Assembly (NCBI RefSeq): GCF_006345805.1
Contig: NC_043006.1
Coordinates: 88,350,001 to 88,414,000 of the forward strand
Direction of reading: 5' to 3'
DNA: 64,000 bases
Origin: Octopus sinensis
Taxonomy: Eukaryota
The position numbers and the translations under genes were made by a program. The notes under the pieces are model-generated. The model had not been told where the DNA came from. It did no database searches and saw nothing but the letters and a program-made list of their open reading frames with translations. Below are positions 53,442 to 64,000 of the stretch, piece by piece. Numbering within the stretch: position 1 is the stretch's first letter; every line of letters starts with the position of its first letter.

Positions 53442-54040
53442 CTGTGTGTTTGTGTGTCTGTATTTGTCCCCCTAGCATTGCTTGACAACCGATGTTGGTG
53501 TGTTTAAGTCCCCGTCACTTAGCGGTTCGGCAAAAGAGACCGATAGAATAAGTACTGGGCTTACAAAGAATAAGTCCTGGGGTCGATTTGCTCGACTAAA
53601 GGCGGTGCTCCAGCATGGCCGCAGTCAAATGACTGAAACAAGTAAAAGAGTAAAAGAGTATATATATATACGATGGTTTTCTTTTAGTTTCTGCCTGCCA
53701 AATCTACCCACAAAGCTTTGGTCGGCAAAGAGGCTATAGTAGAAGACACTTGCTCAAGGTGCCACGCAGTAGGACTGAACCTAGAACCATGTGTTTGAGA
53801 AGCAAGCTTCATACCACACAGCCACTCATATAAGTGTGTATGCGTTTATTTCACCACTACTTCACAGCTGGTGCTAGTGTGTTTACGTCCCCGTAAATTA
53901 AAGGTTTGGCTTAAAAACCCGAGAGAATAAGTACCAGGTTTAACAAAATAATCATAAGTTTTGGGATCGATTAGTTTGACAAAAATTCTTCAAGGTGGTG
54001 CCTCAGTATGGCCCCAGCCTAATGACTGAGAAGTGTAAAA
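53120..54040. mobile_element. Cluster of SINE family A copies
   Basis: 3' fragment 53120-53205 (+), full copy 53237-53660 (+), 5' half 53665-53830 (-), 3' half 53850-54040 (+). Confidence 0.85.
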
Positions 54041-54081
54041 AATGGTGAGTATGTATGTATGTATGTATGTATGTATGTATG

Positions 54082-54129
<48 letters not shown>

Positions 54130-54139
54130 CATCTATCTA

Positions 54140-54216
<77 letters not shown>

Positions 54217-54321
54217 TATATACATATACATATAATATATATATATATTATATATATATATATATATAGATAGATAGATAGATAGATAGAGAGATAGATA
54301 GATAGATAAATAGACAGATAA

Positions 54322-54445
<124 letters not shown>

Positions 54446-54751
54446 CTTCTTATTGTGGCCACACAGGGCTAAACACAGAATAAAAATGGACGTAATACAA
54501 TGTAGAATTTTTTCTTTTCGAGGTGGGATGGGTGGGGCACAAAAAAAGAAAAAAAAACACGTTTGATCAATAGGGATCTGTGGGTTGTGTGGTGTATAAA
54601 AAGGCAATATATATATATATATATATATATAAGGTTCAGAGTTTAGGTGTAGCCTTGGAAAGAAAAACCTACAAAAAAGACCAAGGTCACCTCGGACAAT
54701 TCGAAAAAGAACACATGAGTAAGTCGCCTTACTTCTCGTTGTCTCTTTTGG

Positions 54752-57700
54752 TTACAGATTTATGCTTAAAATAGTGTCGTCTTTCATACTGACCATTTTT
54801 GCCACTTTTACCCACTTTTTATTAAAACATTCGTTCGACAAAGCCTTCCTCTCTATTCTCATCCTCCTTTTCAAGTGGTACTTGAAAAGGTTGACGAGAG
54901 ACTGACCAGAGAGGAAGGTGTTTGTTTGCAGTCCTTTCAAACGCGTCCACCACACATTCTTTCGCCATAGCCATCAGCGTAACGAAAACCGTTTTCCCTT
55001 CCCGTTTAAAGGAAGGTGGTGGAACAATATTCACAATAGACTCGGCCGATAGGCGAGTCCGACCTACACGTGACAACAGCTGTTCGACGAAGGACCACAG
55101 CTCTGAAATATCTGGACACTGCACGAGTGCGTGCAGAACGGTTTCGTCGCTCTGACCGCATCTCGGGCAGGTCGGTCCGGTGATGGTTTTCGAACTGTGT
55201 CTGTAGCTCTTCTCTCGAACAGGTAGTGCGTCTCGATTGCACTGCCAAGCCAGGGATTTCTGGAAGTTATCCATAGGCCCCGGCCCGAACGTCGTCCTGA
55301 ACAGGCGGGTTAGGAATTCTTCGTCGACGCCCAGGTTTGCCCCGAGTGTGTCGTCGGACCTCCCTTCCACTAGTCCTCTATAGAACGCTTTAGTCGTTTG
55401 TAAGTTGCACAAGTTTGACCCCGGTCGGCAGAGCTGCTGTAGAGCTTGGCGACACTCTCGGTGCCAATCGTCCAGTTTCGGTCTCTTTTTGATCCACGTT
55501 TGCAGTTCGGTCAGTGAGACTAGCTGCGGGAAGTCGCGCCTCACAAACGGCGCCCACACCTGTTCACCGTCGTTGATGAATTTCCAGAGATGTCGCAGTC
55601 TCAGCGCATGCCTGCGCATCATCAACCACGGCATGCCCAGTCCTCCATTCAACGGATGTTGACAGCAAATGGACTTCCTCACCATCGGAACGCCACCCTT
55701 CCACCTTTTAGAGACAGCTTTCTCTCGGCTCATGTTTCGCTGAGAGCGACCACTCTACTTGTGATCTCGTCCCAGTTCTTATCCATTTGGAGGTCCGGTC
55801 TGAACCAGACCCCGAGCAATTTAACCGGTCCGTCCGTCCAGCGTCCCACTACTGAGCCACAGTCGGACGGCATGGGCTTGCTTCTCCAGGTGCCGAGTAG
55901 CAAACCCACTGACTTTTCCGGGTTAATATTTGCTCCCGTCACCGTTTCGTATTTTCTTAGTGTCTCGCCAATCATCTTGATGTGTTTGTCGCTCGACACT
56001 ATGACGGTGACATCGTCCGCATATGCCGACACGCTCGTCTGGCAACCCAGTTCCCGTGGGATGCCCCTCAGTGTCGCCAGCTTCCGCAGTAGCGGCTCGA
56101 GAGTCAATACATACAGAAGCGCCGACAGGGGACACCCCTGACGGACCGAACGCGTGATGTCAAACGGTTTCGACAGGTGACCGTTCACCCGAATCACCGA
56201 TCGGATGCCGCTATACAAGGCAGCGATCCAACCGCGGAAGACAGGACCGAAGCCAGCCGCCCTGAGGACGGCCGCCAAGTACCGATGGTCGACCCTATCG
56301 AAGGCTTTAGACTAATCCAAATTTATCAGCACCCCACCCATGCCAGGATCCTTAACTACCCTGTCCACAATGTAGCGCATCAGATGGAGGTTGTCATGTA
56401 TGGTTCTGCCCGGCACGGCGCATGTTTGCGCCCTGTCGACCAGTTTACCAATGACAAGTGCCAACCTCTCGGCTATTACTTTGGCCAAAATTTTCAAATC
56501 TGCGTTGAGCAGAGTGATGGGCCTGAAATTATCTATAAAATTCCCCTTGTTTCGGTCTTTCTTCAGCAACGTTACTGCACCTCGGCTCATGAAACCGGGG
56601 ATTCTCCCGTTTTGTTGCCAGTTGCAGTAGACTGATGCCAAGAGGTCGCCAAACAAGTCTGGCATTCGACAATACAGCTCGTAGGGTAAACCATCCAATC
56701 CAGGCGACTTATCCCTCGCGCAGCCCACCATCGCATCCCACACGTCAGCGGCTGTGATGGGACTTTCACAACACTCCGCTTCTCTTGTCGAGAGCCGCGG
56801 CAGGTCGGTCAGGTAGGCACTGAAATCCATCCCTCGTTCCGACCCACCACTCGCACCAAACAGTCGAGCAAAGTGCTGTTGAAAGGCCTCACACATCCTT
56901 TCGGGTTCGAGTAAACTGCATCCCCGTTGATCTATTAGAGACCGAATGGTGGCTCTGTTGCCACGCTGCGCCTCCGCTACCCGGGCCTCTCGCGCAGCTT
57001 CGATCCCTTCGTTCCTTAAGGCACGCATTTTAGCTCTGACGACGCAACCTTCGTGCTTGGCGTTGAGGTGTTGGTCGAGGGCCATCCTCACAGCCAGCAC
57101 GTTGGTTGCGCTGCCTCTTCTAGTTTCTTAACCAAGTCTCCCTCTACTCTATTTCGTTCTATCGCTAATTCCTTGCTAAACCTAATTGATTCCGATTTTA
57201 TTGCCATTTTCAGGGCGTACCACCAGCGGTTGTTAACGACGGCTCCCGTCAGCACCCTCTTAATTAACTCGCTAATCCGGTTCCTGTAAACCTGTCGCGC
57301 TAACAGCGACGTGTTCAGTTTCCAGTAACCGGGACCCTGCCTATGTGTTTTATCTAAGTCGAGCGTACACGTAACAAATTTGTGATCTGTGTAGCTGACT
57401 ATTTTAAATTGTGGACATCCTACACTATCCCTATCCGCTATCCTGCATAGAATTCTATCTAGATAAGATCTCGACGATCCGACGTGGTTTGTCCAAGTCC
57501 ACGTTGGCACGTTCGGATGGTCGAGTCGGAACCTGTCAGACAAATGGAAACGTCTGAGCAGGTCTTTGAGGCTCTTACACCCCCCTTCTATTCCTATCCA
57601 TTCCCACATAATCTAGATGCGTGTCCAAGGTAGCGTTCCAATCCCCTACTAACAGTAAAGGTCTAGACGTACCCAGGAAAACCTCTAGACGTCTGAAGAA

Positions 57701-58072
57701 ATCCGCCCGACCCGTTAAGGACGGTGCATAAAATGCCATCAGACGGAATGCACACCCATTTCTGCCATCCACGTCCAAGACAACCAGCCTACCCCCCGGG
57801 TCTAGGAATATTGCTCTTATTTTTACATTTAGACTCTTTCGAAAAAGCACCGCGGTACCTCCACCACCCATGTTCGGCAGACAGGGAGAAAAATAAATGT
57901 CAAATTGATTGCCAAACATGGACTCGAGGGCCCGCGGCTTACTGAGTCTGGTTTCACTGATAGCTACTATATCCACATTCAGTGACTTGATGTCGTTTAG
58001 AAGGTAACCTTGCTTTCAAGCCGACGCCAAGCCACGCGCATTCACACAACCTAATTTAAGCATACTTGACAT
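54752..58072 (-). pseudogene. Tx1 ORF2 (APE endonuclease, RT, CCHC), disrupted
   Basis: CVNARGL, ISETR, FYAP, VGDWN, SYLDR, YTDH, WKLN, KSPGLDGLPYELY, FRPITLLN, VRQGCPLS, YADD, CPRC...ETVLHALVQC. Several stops and frameshifts. Confidence 0.92.
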
Positions 58073-58129
58073 TTACGAAAATTGTGTTTTACACACTACA
58101 TTAGAAGAGACAAGAGGCAAGAGGGGAGG

Positions 58130-60011
58130 TCACTTACTCATTTTAAAAGTTTCATTTTTTTCTTCTTCTTTTGTATTGTTTTTGATGGGGTGTTTGTATA
58201 GTTTTTTCGACAGGTATCGTTGAAACCCGCCTACCGCATTCGGAAATATTGTTTTCAGTATGTGGTGTTGTGCTTGTGTTATGTGTAAAATTCTGATGTG
58301 TTTCGGTGGTGTGGTGTGCGGATGATTGTTTGTCTTAAAGTAATCTTCACAGATGACCGTGCTGGATGTGATGTAGTCCATTAATTCTTTATTGTCTGTG
58401 TCTATTGCAGTTAGTTGTGTGTGTGGTTTTACGGTTTCATTGCTTTTTTTATTGTCTAGGGGGATGTTGTCCGGAGTTAGATATCTCCCTGCTTTACTTC
58501 CTTGTTTGGTGGATTTTTGGGATCTTTTCCTTTTACCCCCTGTGGCTATTTGCCATTCCGTCGAACTTTCGTCGTCCGACGTATCAGTAGAAGGTAAAGG
58601 CAAAGCATTTGCATTACTATGTATGCTTGTAAAAATTGTTGATGTTTTGTGCGGTGTTTGTGTTGTTGTGGTGTTAGGGGTAGAATTTGTCTTCTCGTCA
58701 CTGTTTTCTGTCTTTTTAATTGTCGTCCTGGGTGTGGGTGTTGGTCTATTTTTTGTTGATTCAACATGTTTAATTGGTTGTGACGTCAACGGTGATTGTG
58801 TTGGTACTGTTTCTTTTCTTGGTGATGTTGTTGGGGTTTGTTTGCTGGTTTGTTGTTTTTCTTGGCATTGTTCCATAATTGAGTGTGTTGGTGTTGGTGT
58901 TGGCAACAAGGGTTTTTTATTTGTTTTCTGATTTGTTCTTTCTTGGTTTTTCTGTAACAGAGCGCACTTGGCAATTAAATGTTCGGGGCTGCCACAGTTG
59001 TAGCATCAAGGTTTTTTGCCTTCTGCTACAACATATAGGCATTGCCTATTTTCCAAGTGGATCTTATTCGGTAGGCTCTCGATAGTCACCACTATTGTCT
59101 TCCCACCCCAAATATCGCCAAGGTACACGGCGGTTTCCAAAATGTTGATATTTTTTAAATGGTAACAGATTGCCCCTGTTATCCATTTGTTAGGAATCTC
59201 GGGAGGTACATTTTTAATAGTGATTCGACTCACTCTCTGGTTTTTATAGTATGGGACCATGATGATTTCATCATTTCCCAGAGACTCAGTAGAGTGAGCT
59301 TTTGCCACTTCCTGGTTAGGGAAGCGGACCACTACTGTGTTAAACTGGGGACCCCAGTTTATATATTCTTTTTCTTTCATTATGTTTTTTAAGCATTTTT
59401 CTACATCCGTTTTTGTAATCTGTTCATTTAGTTTTTTGTTTTTTCTTATAATTTTATAAATAACTGTCTTATTTTCTATTTCTTGCTTTATGTGTTGAGG
59501 TGTATGCAGCACTAAATCTTGTCCACGGGTTGTAAAGAGAGCTCTTGTTTCTATGAGCTCTTCATTTGTAAATGTTACAATCTCCTTCTTCTGGCGAAGA
59601 GTGTCAGCGAAATTTACTGGTGTTGTTGATTTTTTTGTATTAACATCTTCACTATTAGATAGTTCATTTTTATTGTTGTTCTTGTTGTTGCTGTTGTTTT
59701 TTTCAATAGTTTTCGTGTGAGTTTTATTTTTATCATTTATGTTGGTCGTGGTGGTGGTGGTGGTGGTGGGTGGTGGTGGTGGTGGTGGAGGTGGTGGCGG
59801 TAGCAGTAGTAGTCTCGTGGTTGCTGTTGTTAGTGGTGGTGGTGGTGGTGACAGGGCTGTTACCGCACGTGGTTGCAGCGTTCATTCCACCGATATTCAT
59901 GTTTGCATTTTGCGTGCGTACGTTCTTTTTTTCTCCTAGCGTTTCCAGACTAGGAAAATGCTGGTCCATAAAAGAACGCGACCAGCGTTCTACAATAAAA
60001 TTTCTCGACAT
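58130..60011 (-). pseudogene. Tx1 ORF1, disrupted
   Basis: KKP*CYNCGSPEHLIAKC zinc knuckle across an in-frame TGA at 59006-59008, then a Thr/Pro/Lys-rich tail. Frameshift in the N-terminal CAC repeats. Confidence 0.8.
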
Positions 60012-60207
60012 TTTCTAATGTCGAGAAGAAAATTACAGAAATGAAATGGGGTTGAAACTGCCCCTAGGGGCGAATTCCTCCCTTGGAAAAGCACTCAAAC
60101 GAAAGTTGGGTGCCTTACACACCTTATTTGCAAAAATGTACACAAAATATGGGCTATAAATAGTCAAAATAAACGATTACCTTCGGAGCCGAACTGACAG
60201 CACGTCC

Positions 60208-60283
<76 letters not shown>

Positions 60284-60292
60284 TAAGATAGG

Positions 60293-60339
<47 letters not shown>

Positions 60340-60344
60340 GTAGG

Positions 60345-60390
<46 letters not shown>

Positions 60391-60391
60391 C

Positions 60392-60482
<91 letters not shown>

Positions 60483-61958
60483 CAGAGTGGAGAAAGGACA
60501 CGTGAAATTTTGATGTTCAGAATTTTGAGAGCATAATTGAGAGACTTAAGAAGTAATGTTCAGTGAGTCTGACTGGTAATCGAAACTGGCTTAGCAGATT
60601 GGTGCTACTTTGTTAAATCCCTAGAAACAACTAGAGGCGATTCATTGTCTTTTGTTGAACCCTAAGTTAGTTCTGATCGAGTAAACATATAGTAAAATCA
60701 GACTCCGCTACTTCTATCTTGAATGCTGTTAGCGGCAAGCATTCAAACCAGGCTTCAGTGTTCAGAATACTTCAAAAACCAGGACTTCTTCCACTCTCCA
60801 CCACCATCACCTCCAGCATGTCTTGTAGTAGTAGTAGTATGAGAGAATGCTCTCTCTTAATCGTCCTGCGAAATTTATTCGTACTCCTGTTCTTCCGTTA
60901 AGTCATGAAATTGTCTATACAGTTGGTTTCTTTTATTTTGTTGCTATTTTTTCTTAGAGACAGTTTATTTAGAACTATATTATTCCCTTCTTATGGCGGT
61001 TGAAGTAGGGAGGAATTTGACTGTTATTTCTAGCAGTTTGAGCAATCACGAAGATCTCTTGTTGGTTTGCATGATCACTGGTTTGTACTAGCCTTGAACA
61101 GTTGGATATTTGAGATGTTCATAAATTTCCCAAAGGCTTTAGTGACGAAAACAAATTGCAGCATTGCAACTGGGATATACAGCAACACAATGACAACAAC
61201 TAAACTATTACTACTACTACTACTACTACTACTACAGTTATAGTGTGACGTAATGTTCTCATTTAGCTGGAGGCGAACATGGTGATGCAAAGTGACTGGG
61301 TTTCATGTGGCCCCTGGGTAAATTTATCAGAACTCAAGGTGGTCTTTCCCCAGAAATATGACATATAGGCCAGTGAAAATACCCCAAGTATCCAACAATA
61401 GTTTCCCACTCGTGAGCTAGCTTCTTACCACACAGCCACTCATATATGTGTGTGTGTGTGTGTGTGTTTATTTCACCACTGCTTCACAGCTGGTGCTAGT
61501 GTATTTACGTCCCCGTAAATTAAAGGTTTGGCATAGGGTAGGGAATAGGTACTTTATAACAGGTGAACAGTTACAAATGCACTGTGCAATAACATCAATA
61601 GCAACATCAACAACAGTATCAACAGAAAGAACTAAGCCCCAAATTGAGGATGATGTACTGAAATGTTCATAAGCAGATACATGTTTTTTCAAACTATCTT
61701 CAGAGTATAAATGATTCTTGCAAAGCAGTCATCATAAATATCAAGCTCTCTCGCTTTCAAGGAGATATTGCTGCTCTTTACCAGACCCATTTGGCAAAGT
61801 CTAGAAGCCTATTTAATGATATTATTGGCCTTTGTATCTAGTGAGGACACTTCATCTTAGCAAAATCACCGTGTTTAAGATATCACAACACTGTGGTTAC
61901 CCAATTAGACAACTAAGCATCATAATATCTGTCCAAAATGATGATGAGCAATGTGTGG

Positions 61959-62046
61959 TATTTCCAGGAATTTTGATGTGAAGAATCCTTATTTCCAGGA
62001 ATTTGGTATGTAGAATGCTTATTTCCAGGAATTTTGGTGTGAAGAA
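61959..62046. repeat. Minisatellite, ~30-bp unit x3
   Basis: TATTTCCAGGAATTT(T)G.T.TG.AGAAT repeated. Confidence 0.85.
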
Positions 62047-63629
62047 TAGAGCCAAGCCAGGCTGTATACTTGCTCAAACATGTTTTAATATTCTTTGTGC
62101 TGCTTCAGAAATGCGCATGGAATCCTCAACTAATGGATCAGTTGGCTCCGCTCAGGATCAGTTGGCTGGATCCTTAGTGTAGCCAGACTAAAGATAAAAT
62201 CTAAGTATGTTACCATGAGAGATACATTATTTGTTGATAGTGCAGCTTCTTCCAGAAGAATTACAAAACCATTTGGACTATCAATATTTTGCAATCTATT
62301 TTATAGTACAATCAACCTCAAAAAGATTCTTGTGATGGAACAAAGAACTGCAGCCATTTTTAAAAATTAAAACCAGAAGTAAAGATTTGGTTGTACATGA
62401 GTCCCAATACCTTGGTTGCTCAGCTACTTCCACTTCACCCTGAATGCAGAATTCATGAGCACATCGTCAAAGCAGCTATTTCTTTGAGAAAGTACGGAAG
62501 GATAGTCAGTTCAGGAAATTTATCAAGGTCGTGGGGTACAAGGTTCGTTTTTTCAGCACACTTCCACAAAACTGCGAGTGGTAGACGACATACATTTTTC
62601 ATGAAACACCTTACATGTTCCATGTGAGTTGTCGGTAAAAAACGCTTGATATGAAATAGTAGGACAAGATCTAAATCATTAACATACTTACAAAGACAAC
62701 TACCCTTTCAATGTTCACTCTCCTGCACCAGATGACGAACGTAATCAAAAAGACTAATGCATTGTGAACTGGCATCCAGATTGAGAGACGAAGGATGTAT
62801 CTATGCGTGATATAGAAACGACTCAACATTAAACTTGCTGGTTGGGAAGTAATTGCAGACAACAGAACTTATTGGAAAATAGCAAGTACCACATGGGTTA
62901 AAGAGTGAAAGACTATCTTAGAACGCTGATGAACAAAGCTAGGAAAAGGAAGTTAAGTCTTTTTATAGAAAATTCACAAACCACACTCACACAAGAAGCA
63001 CCAATGTTGCAAGTCTGAAAATGACTTCATAGTAAAAAGGTGCTTTTCATCTTCTTCCTCCGACATAAACTCTCTTTATACACTGAAACACCGATGGATA
63101 CTACTCCCCACTTATACGCAATATACTTAGGTATGAAGTAAAAAGACAGGAGAGTTGCAGGGAAACTGAGCTTTGAATTTTATGATTGTATGGTATTGCA
63201 GAATGTATAAAAAGGTTAGAAGCTAAAATTAGTCAATGTTGCGAGGAGATCGATTTTACTAGCAGAAATAGAGCGGATTATGATGTGAATGAAATTTGCT
63301 TAGGTTAACGACCCCTTTTCGCAATGACGTCGATTCATTGACTTGGGAACTTTATTTCCAGCTTCCCTACCATTAAGACGACAGAAAATACATCCTCTAC
63401 ATACAGTCATACGAGACAGATTGCTGGCGTACTTTAAGAAGATAGCCTTGCCATCTCTCGCAGGTGACTGATTTGGTAGCTTGTACCATGCTTTTGCTAA
63501 TTGTGTTAAATAACTTTATAGTCACGAACAGATAAAGATACTCTCTCACTCTTGACTCAGTGAAACATCGAAGATGTGAAAGTTGGAGATTTCGAAGATG
63601 TGATGGCTGCATCAACAATAGGTTGGTAC

Positions 63630-63740
63630 TCATGAGTAAGCTGAAGAGACACGAAATGATGTATCTTGCTCAGGGACACAATGCGTCGCCGCTCTGTCTA
63701 GGAATGAAATCCACTACTCCATGATCATCAGCCCAACATC
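63630..63740 (-). mobile_element. SINE family C fragment
   Basis: GAAATGATGTATCTTGCTCAGGGACACAATGCGTCGCC resembles 7348-7390. Confidence 0.55.
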
Positions 63741-64000
63741 TTGTCAATCTGACGACGTATCTTCACAGTAAGTAATGTTCACCAAAAAAAAAAAATAGGG
63801 AAAGAAATTGTCATTGGTACAACACAATAACGAATCATTTACAAATACCACACTGCTACTTCTACCGAAGCAAAACAGCGAATCTAGTTAATAAACGCTG
63901 AATTAAAGGTAAACATCAAAGACCGTCGTCATTGTTACTTAGGGTCTCATCGCTATAGAAACTAGAATAAAGTTTAAGTCTAGAACCTCGTCAGCTTAAA

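Noticed and set aside
61959-62046. ~30-bp repeats as a possible CRISPR array (also 10290-10435)
   Set aside because: Head-to-tail units with no unique spacers, no cas genes, and eukaryotic context.

Overview
Repeat-saturated, apparently intergenic or intronic animal DNA. The SINE families and the heavy (TA)n/(CA)n/(GATA)n/(ATT)n load look like octopus (inferred from repeat recognition, not verified). No host protein-coding gene can be supported, and most ORF-track entries are microsatellite artefacts. Contents: many tRNA-derived SINEs; two Tx1/L1-clade LINEs (an endonuclease-deleted copy at ~20.3-23.9 kb and a near full-length decayed copy at 54.4-60.2 kb inside a (GATA)n tract); a Penelope-like RT/GIY-YIG remnant; RTE and R4/Dong fragments; Tc1/mariner, pogo-like, hAT and Helitron remnants. 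Most notable: the first Tx1 lies inside a ~353-nt circularly permuted, structured repeat carrying a type I hammerhead-like motif (retrozyme-like), inserted directly upstream of the ribozyme. The whole composite has terminal direct repeats, a 5' inversion and its own 12-bp TSD. Several short fold-back elements in (TA)n tracts also carry minimal hammerhead motifs, one with a compensatory G3-C8 core.
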